Below, piece after piece: positions 37,340 through 46,648 of a stretch of DNA of 63,992 nucleotides (its first letter is position 1; every line of letters begins with the position of its first letter). A program made the translations under genes and the position numbers. The notes below the pieces were generated by a model. That model did not search any database. It was not told the origin of the DNA and saw nothing but the letters and a program-made list of their open reading frames with translations. The stretch is from Thermoproteales archaeon (GTDB taxonomy: Archaea > Thermoproteota > Thermoprotei > Thermofilales > B69-G16): the NCBI GenBank assembly GCA_021161825.1, contig JAGGZW010000058.1:1-63992 (forward strand), given 5' to 3'.

Positions 37340-39145
37340 ATGAAATTTAAATGGTTTCTGTGGGCTTTGATAATATTCATATCTTTAATCGCAGTTGCAA
37401 TTCACAAGCTAAATATACTTGGAGAGCCGTATCTCTTACTAATCTCCATCTTAATTTTTGCATTATACATTGTTAGAAGTTTTATGGTCGAGAAAAAGCC
37501 TTTCGTAGATTACGCCGTCATGCTACTGATGCTTTCTGTTGGAATTCTCACTTATATATTCGGGCTTCATGTAGAGGGAAGTTTAGTACTCGCCTTCTTC
37601 GCACTAGCTGAAATACTTGAGGATTACGCTGAGAAAAAAGCAGAGAGTAGTTTAAAAGCTTTAATGGATTACATGCCAAAAATGGTAAGGCTCGTTGTAA
37701 ATGGCAGTATAGTCGAGGTTGATGTTAAGAAAGTACGTTCAGGCGACGTGGTTCTGGTAGGTAGAGGAGATAGAGTGCCTGTTGACGGGGTTATCGTAGA
37801 AGGAGTGGGAAGCGTTGACCAGTCGGTAATTACTGGAGAACCGCTACCAGTAGTAGTGGGACAACATAGTTTTGTTTATGCTGGTTCGCTTGTTGTTGAA
37901 GGAGCATTTAAGGTAAGAGCTACAACATCTGGTGATGCCTCACTCTTCTCAAGACTTGTAGAGCTTGTTAACAAGTATAAAGAGAGCAGAACTAGGATGG
38001 AGAAGTTTATTCACAGATTTTCCAAGATATATTTGCCTTTAATGCTGTTTTCAGCAGTTTTAGCTTGGCTAGTATTTGATATCAGCGTTGCTTTGGTAAT
38101 TATAGCTATAGCCTGTCCAAGCGCTTTCCTCGTATCGATCTCCGCGACTTTCCTATATTCTCTATCAATGCTCGCTCACAAGGGCATTTTGTCGAAAGGA
38201 ACAGCCCCCATAGAAAGAGCTGCTAAGATAAGAATTATTGCTTTTGATAAAACGGGAACGTTAACGCTAGGCAAGCCTCAAGTAGATAAAATCTTCGTAC
38301 TTGATGAAAGCTTGTCAAGGAGAGAACTTTTAAAGTTAGCCGCTTCAGTAGAAGTGGCTTCGAGTCATCCATTGGCTAGAGCAATCGTAGAAGAAGCAAA
38401 AAAAGAGGAAATAAAATTGTTTAGCTTTGAGAAAATTGAAGAATTGCCCGGTATGGGGATAATTGGTAAGGTAAACGGCTATGAAATAGCCGTCGGAAGC
38501 ATTGATTTAATGACCAAAATAGGTCTAAGGGATCAAGCAAAAGAAGACATCCATTCCCCTTATGTTTACGTTGCAAACAATGGCGAAGTAATAGGATTAA
38601 TAACTTTTTCAGACAGATTAGATCCAAAAACAAGATTTATAATTAAAAAATTAAAAGAAATGAATTTTAAAGTGGTTATGCTAACTGGCGATAAGCGGGA
38701 AAACGCTGAAAAAATATCGCGTATGCTTGATATAAGCGAGTTTTACGCAGAGCTTAGTCCGGAGGAAAAAGTAAGCCTAATTGATGAATTAAAGAAAAAA
38801 TATGGGAAACACGTTGCTATGATAGGCGATGGAATAAACGATGCTCCAGCTCTGGCAGCGGCAGATTTAGGTATAGCCGTTGGCTCGATTCAAGCCGTTA
38901 TGGAAGCAGGTGATATCGCTTTAACTTCTGGAAGCTTAGAGAATATTTTACATCTTTTTGAGACTTCCCGAAGAACCGTTAGAAAAGTTGTTGAAAATAT
39001 TGCGATGATAATGATTGCTAAAATTCTTGTGGTCTTTCTCAGCGTACTCGGTCTTATTCCTTTATGGTCAGCAGTAGCCGTCGGAGATGATGGAGCGATG
39101 TTATTTACACTCGCCAATACCTTCCTTACACTAAAAAAGGCATAA
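37340..39145 (+). CDS. P1B-type heavy-metal-translocating ATPase (CPS motif, no N-terminal metal-binding domain)
   Basis: TGEP, membrane IACPSAF (CPx variant), DKTGTLT, MLTGDK, GDGINDAPAL. 601 aa. Confidence 0.85.
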   Translation: MKFKWFLWALIIFISLIAVAIHKLNILGEPYLLLISILIFALYIVRSFMVEKKPFVDYAVMLLMLSVGILTYIFGLHVEGSLVLAFFALAEILEDYAEKKAESSLKALMDYMPKMVRLVVNGSIVEVDVKKVRSGDVVLVGRGDRVPVDGVIVEGVGSVDQSVITGEPLPVVVGQHSFVYAGSLVVEGAFKVRATTSGDASLFSRLVELVNKYKESRTRMEKFIHRFSKIYLPLMLFSAVLAWLVFDISVALVIIAIACPSAFLVSISATFLYSLSMLAHKGILSKGTAPIERAAKIRIIAFDKTGTLTLGKPQVDKIFVLDESLSRRELLKLAASVEVASSHPLARAIVEEAKKEEIKLFSFEKIEELPGMGIIGKVNGYEIAVGSIDLMTKIGLRDQAKEDIHSPYVYVANNGEVIGLITFSDRLDPKTRFIIKKLKEMNFKVVMLTGDKRENAEKISRMLDISEFYAELSPEEKVSLIDELKKKYGKHVAMIGDGINDAPALAAADLGIAVGSIQAVMEAGDIALTSGSLENILHLFETSRRTVRKVVENIAMIMIAKILVVFLSVLGLIPLWSAVAVGDDGAMLFTLANTFLTLKKA

Positions 39146-39315
39146 GCTAATCCAAAAACTTAATCCATTACATATCGGCTTTTCGAATTATAGGTAAGTG
39201 TATTGTGACTAAAAACAGGCAGCAAGGAGCATATTGAAAATCGACAATATGAAAAGGTAGAAGCTTCAATTATGGAACCGCAAACAGCCAGCAAAGCTTA
39301 AGTATTGTTAAGAAT

Positions 39316-40503
39316 TTAACCAGTAGCCATTTTAGCTACCATATCGTAGATAGATTCTAGCTGAGACCTCAACGTCTTCGGTATTTTATCCAAGCCAATA
39401 TCGATAAAGCCTCTTATGACTATAGATGTAGCCTCTTCCTCGGTAAACCCTTTAGACATTAAATAATTTAGTTCTTCCTCAGATATCCTACCTATCGAAG
39501 CTTCATGAGTTAAAATCGCACCAGTCGTTCTAGATTCTAAAATTGGTATCGTCTCTATTGATGCATTATCTGAAAGTTGTAATCCTTTACATTCTAGATG
39601 TCCTCTAGTATTTACACCATACCCTTTAAGACAACTTCGCATAATTAATCTCGAATCGTCTCTAGCTATACTCCTCGATATTATCTCTCCCCGTGAATTA
39701 TGTCCTTCAAGTATAATCTCTGATCCTAGATCCATATAACTTCTTCCTCTACCCACTATTACAGAGGAATAATAGGCTTTGGCATTATCCTTTAGAAGAA
39801 TTCTAGGATAGGATTGGATGTATTCTACAGGTTTTAAATTGATATAGTGCGAAGTAAAAACACCATTTTTTCCAACGATTACCCCTGTTCTCGGTCTAAC
39901 CTGAACTTTAGAAGTCCAGCCATGAACCATTATATACGTTAAATTCGCATTCTCCCCCACGAACATTTCGGTTACGCCTATGTGTATAGATTCACCCCTC
40001 AAAGCCGCGCATGTCGTGTTTATTGTTAAGCTTGCGTTCTTATCGACAACTATTATGTTGTGAACTGCCTGACCAACCTTGCCGGATGAAATTAAGAAAC
40101 AGGCCTGAACGGGAAATGCTACGTTTACGCCTTCGGGCACGTATAAAAAAACGCCATGATAACCATATAGCTCCGCCGCTGCCGTATACTCGTCATAGTC
40201 TACTGGTAAAGCCTTCCAATAGAATTTCCTATATTGAGGATCTTCCAACGCCTCTTCCAGATCTAAAAGAACAACGCCCTTCTTCTCAAGCTCTTTCTTA
40301 ACGACCAATCTTATTATGCTATTATCAACCTGAACATACATTCCACTGATTTTAGGTTCTTCGATTGAAACCCCCAGATCTTCGACCGCTTTCTTTGGGA
40401 TTCTGGAAATGTCTATTTTTTCGAAATCGAAACGATCAAGAACTAAACCCTTCTCTGCCAGTAGCTTCAACGCTTTTTGCTTGTATACTTCTAGCTCTGT
40501 CAT
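39316..40503 (-). CDS. sufB: Fe-S cluster assembly protein SufB/SufD family
   Basis: C-terminal signature THEASIGRISEEELNYLMSKGFTEEEATSIVIRGF. Start overlaps the sufC stop by 4 nt. Confidence 0.8.
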   Translation of the reverse strand: MTELEVYKQKALKLLAEKGLVLDRFDFEKIDISRIPKKAVEDLGVSIEEPKISGMYVQVDNSIIRLVVKKELEKKGVVLLDLEEALEDPQYRKFYWKALPVDYDEYTAAAELYGYHGVFLYVPEGVNVAFPVQACFLISSGKVGQAVHNIIVVDKNASLTINTTCAALRGESIHIGVTEMFVGENANLTYIMVHGWTSKVQVRPRTGVIVGKNGVFTSHYINLKPVEYIQSYPRILLKDNAKAYYSSVIVGRGRSYMDLGSEIILEGHNSRGEIISRSIARDDSRLIMRSCLKGYGVNTRGHLECKGLQLSDNASIETIPILESRTTGAILTHEASIGRISEEELNYLMSKGFTEEEATSIVIRGFIDIGLDKIPKTLRSQLESIYDMVAKMATG

Positions 40504-41198
40504 CGCGAAAACCCTTTATAGCCTTCTCTCATGATTATGTTATAAACCTTGTCAAATTTATCCGTGTATACTATTTTACCATCCATCATGACTGACGCCC
40601 TATCTATCCTCTTGATCTTCAACGCTATAAATCCAGTATGCGTAACCATTAAAATCGTAGATCCCATGTCTATAAGCTGGTTTATAGCATTAGCTATAAG
40701 CTCCATGCTATCCATGTCGACGCCACTGTCGGGTTCGTCTAGGAGAGCTAACTTTGGCTTCTGCAATAGCACCATTGCAAGTTCTGCTCTTTTCGATTCT
40801 CCACCGCTAAAACTATCATGTAGTTTCCTCTCTATGAGGTTGCTAAGATTTAAATCCGCAATGCTATCCATTCTACTCCTATACTTTTTAACCATTTGTC
40901 TGACTATGTAGTTAAACTTTGTTTGTAATGGAGGTGGATTCTGATATGAGAGAGCAATACCCATTGAAGCTCTTTCATATGGCTTCTTGCTTGTGATATC
41001 CACGCCTTCAAAGATAATTCTTCCACTTTCTATCACATAACCTGGCAGTCCCATGATAGCCCTTAACAGAGTAGACTTTCCAGCACCGTTAGGTCCAAAC
41101 AATAGATGAACTTCTCCCTTCTCAAGCTGGAAGCCGTCTATTTTCAATATTCTCCTATCTTCTACGCTCACTGTAAGGTTTTCCAATTTCAATGACAT
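40500..41198 (-). CDS. sufC: Fe-S cluster assembly ATPase SufC
   Basis: Walker A GPNGAGKSTL, signature FSGGESKR, Walker B LALLDEPDSGVD, H-loop VTHTG. Confidence 0.9.
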   Translation of the reverse strand: MSLKLENLTVSVEDRRILKIDGFQLEKGEVHLLFGPNGAGKSTLLRAIMGLPGYVIESGRIIFEGVDITSKKPYERASMGIALSYQNPPPLQTKFNYIVRQMVKKYRSRMDSIADLNLSNLIERKLHDSFSGGESKRAELAMVLLQKPKLALLDEPDSGVDMDSMELIANAINQLIDMGSTILMVTHTGFIALKIKRIDRASVMMDGKIVYTDKFDKVYNIIMREGYKGFSR

Positions 41199-41247
41199 TT
41201 AATCACTCCGCTATTTTAAAAAAGGAGGGGATAATATAACGATTATC

Positions 41248-41934
41248 ATGCACTACTTTAAAGGACTTTATTTGGGAAGAATAATAAATTCCGGCTTTGT
41301 TATCGCATCAGGATCTACATCTTTTATAATAGATCCTACCGTATGGGTTTTTGAGGGCGAATGGAATTATAGAGAAGACTTGCTAGAAAAAATTATAGAA
41401 TATTTGGAAAAGATGCCAAGACCACTCCATGTTTTCGTAACGCACGAGCATAAAGACCATGCAGACATTAAGGTTCTAGAAATTCTTCAAAGACATTTCT
41501 CGGCTAGAATATACGTTCCAGCGGGTATAAAAAACGTTATTTTGAAAGCTTCTTTATTCTTAACATCTTTACATCCTGTAAATATAGGAGATACTATAAA
41601 AGCTGGAAGTTTAAAAATAAAAGCTCTGAAAGGAGGAGATACCGCAAACGCTTTAAGCTATTTGGTAGAAGCCTGGAAGAAAACAATCTATTTTGCCGGA
41701 GATCAGTTTTCAGAATGGCTGGAAATTACTGTTGATTATATAGTTTTACCGCTCTGGTTTATCATGGAGATGCATGATAATTTTGAAAAAGCACTGGAAA
41801 AGGTGAAATGTAAAAAGATAATATTGTCTCGTTTTAATAGTAAATATCAAGAAACAGCTATTGAAAAAGTTAAGAAAGAGCTTGGAGAAAAGATCATCGT
41901 TCTTAACGAATTTTCAGATCTTATCATGCTATAA
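41248..41934 (+). CDS. MBL-fold hydrolase
   Basis: VFVTHEHKDHAD metal motif. 228 aa. Confidence 0.65.
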   Translation: MHYFKGLYLGRIINSGFVIASGSTSFIIDPTVWVFEGEWNYREDLLEKIIEYLEKMPRPLHVFVTHEHKDHADIKVLEILQRHFSARIYVPAGIKNVILKASLFLTSLHPVNIGDTIKAGSLKIKALKGGDTANALSYLVEAWKKTIYFAGDQFSEWLEITVDYIVLPLWFIMEMHDNFEKALEKVKCKKIILSRFNSKYQETAIEKVKKELGEKIIVLNEFSDLIML

Positions 41935-42020
41935 TTGTATATTCGGGAATTCGTTCTGAAGCTAGATTGCATCAAATTATTATTTGAAGAGAATAATTGG
42001 AATACAAACGAGAAGCCGGC

Positions 42021-42077
42021 GTGTCAGCCAATCAAGCTTTCTTCACCAGTTCATAACCAGAAACCTTCATCATTCAC
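42021..42077 (-). ncRNA. C/D box sRNA candidate (2'-O-methylation guide)
   Basis: Reverse strand reads GUGA-AUGAUGA(C)-AGGUUUCUGGUU(12 nt)-AUGA(D')-ACUGG-UGAAGA(C')-AAGCUUGAUUGG(12 nt)-CUGA(D)-CAC. Terminal GUG/CAC pairing. TATA-like TTATTTTA preceded by GGAAAA, centred about 27 nt upstream (42100-42115). Confidence 0.6.
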
Positions 42078-42292
42078 AAATAATCAATGCTAGATTTCGA
42101 TAAAATAATTTTCCTAACTTTAACTATTTCAAACAAATTTTTAATTTCAGCATACTGGCTTATGTAGCCCAAGTTATTTTAATTTATATCTTTCTCCGCT
42201 TACAAGGCTTCCGATACAGAAGCCTTACTCTGTTATTTAGCAATCTCCTTTAGAGATAAAGTAATATTTCAGATGTTTATGTTCATTAACCT

Positions 42293-43126
42293 ATGAAAAT
42301 AGGCGACGCTCATTGCCACGTAAACCCTTTGAAAGGTCTCGGACCTGAAAAACTTGCTAAAAAATTTATAAATGTCGGAGGCTGGTTTGTCGGCTTAGTA
42401 AACCTACTCTCCTGGAATTATAACGTCGATATAGCGTCCAGCGACGATTTCCGAAAAGTTTATGATTACACTGTGCGATCAGCTGCAAAAATGAGAGAAA
42501 TGGGTCTTGAAGTTAGAGTTATATTAGGCCCTCATCCTGCTGAGCTTACGGAACTTATTGAGAAGGGGGTTAGAAAAGAGAAAGCTTATCAACTAATAAT
42601 TGAAGCATACGATATTGCTGAAACTTTTATAAAGGCTAGAAAGGCTGACGGTCTAGGCGAGGCAGGCAGACCACATTGGAATGTAAGCGTTGACATAATT
42701 GAGCTGAGTAATCAAGTCATGGACTATGTATTGGAGAAAGCTTCAGATCTGGATTGCATTGTACATTTACACCTTGAAAGGACAACAAAAGAAACAATTA
42801 AAGATGTATATGAAAGAGTCAGGAAAACAGGGGCTAAAAAAGTAGTCATGCATCACATTAAAGGGGAGTATGCTGGCGAGGCTGTACAGCATGGCTTATA
42901 CGCATCGGTTCCAGCGAAAAAAGAAGAGCTGGTTAAGGCTATTAGATATGGACCCGTTTTTGTCGTTGAAAGCGATTTTCTTGACGACCCTAGAAGACCG
43001 GGCGCTGTCGTAGCACCCTGGTCTATAGGTAAAACCTTCAAAAAATTAATTGAAAACGGCTTAATATCCGATAAGGCTGTGGAAAAAATACTTGTAGATA
43101 ACATTCGATCTCTCTACAACATATAA
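42293..43126 (+). CDS. TatD-related metal-dependent hydrolase
   Basis: N-terminal GDAHCHVNP, VHLHLE, VMHHIKGE and ESD metal-ligand pattern of the TIM-barrel amidohydrolase/TatD fold. Confidence 0.6.
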   Translation: MKIGDAHCHVNPLKGLGPEKLAKKFINVGGWFVGLVNLLSWNYNVDIASSDDFRKVYDYTVRSAAKMREMGLEVRVILGPHPAELTELIEKGVRKEKAYQLIIEAYDIAETFIKARKADGLGEAGRPHWNVSVDIIELSNQVMDYVLEKASDLDCIVHLHLERTTKETIKDVYERVRKTGAKKVVMHHIKGEYAGEAVQHGLYASVPAKKEELVKAIRYGPVFVVESDFLDDPRRPGAVVAPWSIGKTFKKLIENGLISDKAVEKILVDNIRSLYNI

Positions 43127-43165
43127 GTTTTTTATCCGATGCTATTCTAACTATAATAGAGTATA

Positions 43166-44605
43166 ATGGTGAAACTGTACCTTGTTAGAATAAGCGGCGA
43201 AGTAATACTAAAAGCGAGTAAAACGCGGATTCGCTTCGAAAAAAGATTAGTGAAAAATATCATCGACATGTGTAGGAAACACGGTATTTTTAATTTAAAA
43301 ATTGAAAAAAGTGAAGCTAGGATATTTATTGAAGGTCCTGAAAAACTAGAGAGTATACTGTGTAAGGTTTTTGGAATTTATAGCTATTCTCCCGTCGTTA
43401 AAGTCGATTTTTCCGATCTCGAAGATTTATCCAATAAAGCGAAAGATTACTTTAAGAATAAGATCGTCGGGAAAAAATTCGCTGTAAGAGTTAAGCGAGC
43501 TGGAAAGCACGATTTTACCTCTATCGACGCCGCCAGGAAGATAGGCTCTAAACTTTACAAATACTCCAGCGGCGTGGATCTGAAAAATCCTGAAGTAGAA
43601 GTCTTTGTGGAAATACGAAATAACCATGCCTTTTTCTTCGATAAAATTATCAAAGGTTCTGGGGGCTTGCCGATCGGCGTAAATGGTAGAGCTGTTTCGC
43701 TTTTTTCAGGAGGCTTTGACTCGCCTGTAGCGTCGTGGTTTGCGTGGAAACGCGGCGTTGAATTAGACTTTGTATATTGCTACCTTGGAGGCTTAGATGC
43801 CAAATATAGAACTCTCAAGGTATTAAAAACTCTAGTAGATAACTGGTGCAGCGGGTATACTCCAAAGCTACATATCGTAGATTTTAGACCGATAGTATCG
43901 GATATTATTAAAAATGTGAAAAAAGAGTTAAGGCAGGTCATTCTGCGCCGAGCAATGTATAGGGCGGCCGAGATTATAGCCAGAGAAGTAAAGGCTTCCG
44001 CTATAGTAACCGGTGAAAGCCTAGGACAAGTTTCTTCACAAACTTTATGGAATATAGCTGTCGCAGAAGAAATCGTTCGCATACCTATTTTACGACCACT
44101 TATAGGATTGGATAAGGAAGAGATAATTAACCTAGCTAGAAAAATCGGAACTTACGAACTATCTTCTAAAGTCAGAGAGTATTGCGCTATAGCTAGGGGT
44201 AAGGTTGCTACTAGAGCAAAGTTAAGTGATGTGAAAATGGAGGAGGAAAAAATATCTTCTGATGTTATCGAAGATGCTGCTAAAAGAAGAGAAATCTACA
44301 ATGTCTTCGAAATTAATCCTATAGACTTCTTACCAGTAGAAAACGTGGCTATAAACTTTATACCAAGCGAGGCCTTGCTTATAGATTTACGAGAAAGAGA
44401 AGATTTTGAAAAATGGCATCCTCCTAACGCAATCCATATAGAAGATTTAAAGATAGATTCCCTACCAAAAGACAGAGTTATAATAGCGTACTGTGATTCT
44501 GGAATTTTAAGCTCAGAGTTCGCGGCTAGTTTGAGGAAAAAAGGTTTTAAAGCTTTCAGCTTTGAAGGTGGATTATCTCAACTTCGATATAAAGCTTGTA
44601 AATAA
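43166..44605 (+). CDS. thiI: tRNA 4-thiouridine synthase ThiI with C-terminal rhodanese domain
   Basis: THUMP-type N-terminus (FAVRVKRAGKHDF), PP-loop SGGFDSPVA, C-terminal rhodanese (LIDLREREDFEKWH ... AYCDSGILS ... FEGG). Confidence 0.85.
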   Translation: MVKLYLVRISGEVILKASKTRIRFEKRLVKNIIDMCRKHGIFNLKIEKSEARIFIEGPEKLESILCKVFGIYSYSPVVKVDFSDLEDLSNKAKDYFKNKIVGKKFAVRVKRAGKHDFTSIDAARKIGSKLYKYSSGVDLKNPEVEVFVEIRNNHAFFFDKIIKGSGGLPIGVNGRAVSLFSGGFDSPVASWFAWKRGVELDFVYCYLGGLDAKYRTLKVLKTLVDNWCSGYTPKLHIVDFRPIVSDIIKNVKKELRQVILRRAMYRAAEIIAREVKASAIVTGESLGQVSSQTLWNIAVAEEIVRIPILRPLIGLDKEEIINLARKIGTYELSSKVREYCAIARGKVATRAKLSDVKMEEEKISSDVIEDAAKRREIYNVFEINPIDFLPVENVAINFIPSEALLIDLREREDFEKWHPPNAIHIEDLKIDSLPKDRVIIAYCDSGILSSEFAASLRKKGFKAFSFEGGLSQLRYKACK

Positions 44606-44610
44606 AATTT

Positions 44611-44638
44611 ATTTAGAAAAGATATAATATTTCTAAAT
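44611..44638. promoter_or_regulatory. perfect 9-bp inverted repeat bracketing a TATA-like element upstream of the 44650 gene
   Basis: ATTTAGAAA (44611-44619), spacer AGATATAATA, TTTCTAAAT (44630-44638). Lies 11 nt before the ATG at 44650 and 6 nt after the thiI stop. Confidence 0.35.
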
Positions 44639-44649
44639 GAGGCGATTGA

Positions 44650-45114
44650 ATGACGGATATTCTAGAATCTCTCAATGAAATAATTAAAACCATCGAAAAT
44701 GGCATAAAGGAAGGTACGGTTCCTGAAGGTTCTAGAATGTATCTTCAAAGGTTAATGCGTAGCATACAAGATACAATAAAAGTCATAGAAATCGTTAAGC
44801 AAGAAAAAACTATTCAAAGTCCTATCTCCCCAAGCGCGAGAAGCGCAATGTACAACTTAAGAAAAGCATTCTATGCCGTATTGGGGAGATTGTCAAAAGA
44901 AAAAGGGGTAGATAAAGAGAAAAGCATTTCGGAATGGAAGAATGCTGCAGGAAAACTCGTGGAATTTTTAAATGCTTCGGGAATATCGGAGGCTCCAACA
45001 AAAATAGTCTTGTTCTATGATATTATAGAAGAGGATGGCTTAAAATATTTGAAATTTGAAAAAGCAGAAGTGCTCTACTTCGAGCTAGAAGGAGTTAAAG
45101 AATTAAAAATATAA
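44650..45114 (+). CDS. hypothetical protein
   Basis: 154-aa ORF with GAGG 8 nt upstream. No motif recognised. Confidence 0.5.
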   Translation: MTDILESLNEIIKTIENGIKEGTVPEGSRMYLQRLMRSIQDTIKVIEIVKQEKTIQSPISPSARSAMYNLRKAFYAVLGRLSKEKGVDKEKSISEWKNAAGKLVEFLNASGISEAPTKIVLFYDIIEEDGLKYLKFEKAEVLYFELEGVKELKI

Positions 45115-45164
45115 AATAAAAAATAGTGGAAAATCGAATACTTTAATTGTAGTAATGATTCAGT

Positions 45165-46439
45165 TTACATGCCTTTCTTCGTTAGCTCTTCAAGCAGTTC
45201 TTTAGCACGATCATAGCGTATTTTTCCTTCTCTAACCATTATTTCGACAATTCTATCCACTAATTCTCCTTTAGCTCCTACAGATATAGCAATATTCCTA
45301 GCATGTAATTTCATGTGCCCTTTTTGAATACCTTCTGTTGCTAGCGCTCTGAGCGCCGCAAAATTTTGAGCCAAGCCCACAGCACCCATAACTTCTGCAA
45401 GCTCAGTAGCCGATTTCACACCCAGTATTTTTAAAGCTATCTTCGCTACTGGGTGAGCTTTCGTAGCTCCGCCGACGATGCCCACTGCCATCGGCATTTC
45501 AAGCGTTCCTACCAGATTACCATCTTTATCCTTTTCCCACACGCTGAGAGGCTCGTATCTTCCAGCGCGAGCTGCATATGCATGCGCTCCAGCCTCTATT
45601 GCCCTGTGATCCTGCGCAGTAGCCAAAGCCACGGCTATTATCCCATTCATAATTCCTTTGTTATGGGTTGCCGCTCTATAAGGATCAGCTTTAGCAAATG
45701 CCCATGCTGTAACGATTCCGTCTACCACCTCCTCTCCCCCAATGTCTTCCTTATAGACTTTTACATATGCCCTAACCAATCTTTTATCAGCTAGATTCGA
45801 TATTATCCTTAAGTAAACCTTGCCGCCAGTTATCCTCTCTATAGTAGGTGCTACCGCTTCTGCCATAGTATTCACGGCGTTTGCTCCCATTGCATCTTTA
45901 ACATCAACTATTAAATGCGTTATAACCATAGGTCCTAGCGGAGAATCGATAACTCTTACCTCCAAATCCTTTGCCCCCCCTCCAAGTTTGACGAGTATCG
46001 GGTCTTGCTCATTCGCTATTTTCAAAATTTCCTTCTTATGCTCTAATATTCGCATCCTCTGATGCCAAGGGTCTTCAACGCCCACCAGCTGTATCTGTCC
46101 TATCATAATAGGTCCAGTAGAAGTTACGCGTATTCCACCATTCCTACGCATGACTTTGGCAGCGTTACTGGCTGCCGCTACCACAGAAGGCTCTTCTAAT
46201 ACCATAGGAACCAAGTAGTCTTTCCCATTTATCAGAAAGTTTACGGCTATGGCAAAGGGGTACGCCATCGTTCCAATAACGTTTTCTATCATTCTATCAG
46301 CTAATTCTAGGTCCAGATTCCCGACCTTTCTCAAGATGCTTAACTCTTCCTCCGTCAGTCCAGCGAACTCGGCAACCTTCTTCAACCGCTCATCTATCGA
46401 TAGCTTGTAAAAACCCGGAATTCTAGATGTTTTGCTCAT
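45165..46439 (-). CDS. hmgA: hydroxymethylglutaryl-CoA reductase, class II
   Basis: Class II hallmarks ENVIGTMAYPFAIAVNFLINGKDYLVPMVLEEPSVVAAASNAAK, DAMGANAVN and TEGIQKGHMKLHARNIA (compare Pseudomonas mevalonii GHMALHARN). Confidence 0.85.
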   Translation of the reverse strand: MSKTSRIPGFYKLSIDERLKKVAEFAGLTEEELSILRKVGNLDLELADRMIENVIGTMAYPFAIAVNFLINGKDYLVPMVLEEPSVVAAASNAAKVMRRNGGIRVTSTGPIMIGQIQLVGVEDPWHQRMRILEHKKEILKIANEQDPILVKLGGGAKDLEVRVIDSPLGPMVITHLIVDVKDAMGANAVNTMAEAVAPTIERITGGKVYLRIISNLADKRLVRAYVKVYKEDIGGEEVVDGIVTAWAFAKADPYRAATHNKGIMNGIIAVALATAQDHRAIEAGAHAYAARAGRYEPLSVWEKDKDGNLVGTLEMPMAVGIVGGATKAHPVAKIALKILGVKSATELAEVMGAVGLAQNFAALRALATEGIQKGHMKLHARNIAISVGAKGELVDRIVEIMVREGKIRYDRAKELLEELTKKGM

Positions 46440-46648
46440 GCTTTCACCAGATACAATATCTCAACGTTTTAACTGTCGTGCATAAAAGTATTTTAAATTT
46501 GTGTATAAGCAGGTAATAGGCTTAACATTCCGACTTTATGAGTATTCCAATCTTAATATAATGAAGAGCTTGTCGGTCTTCCACTGGATATTACTAGACC
46601 AGCTATAGATTTATAGAGAGGCTTTGTTTTTTATGTTCGGGTCTGAAA

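Noticed and set aside
46579-46588. ORB-like element: the minus strand reads TCCAGTGGAA(GACC), resembling my recollection of the archaeal origin recognition box core (TCCAGTGGAAAC). It lies in a 209-nt AT-rich divergent intergenic region next to a small winged-helix gene.
   Set aside because: It is a single copy only. There are no flanking inverted ORB repeats and no orc1/cdc6 gene in the vicinity. A 10-mer match has a non-negligible chance expectation in 2 x 64 kb. It would be worth re-checking only if an origin is mapped nearby by skew or MFA-seq.
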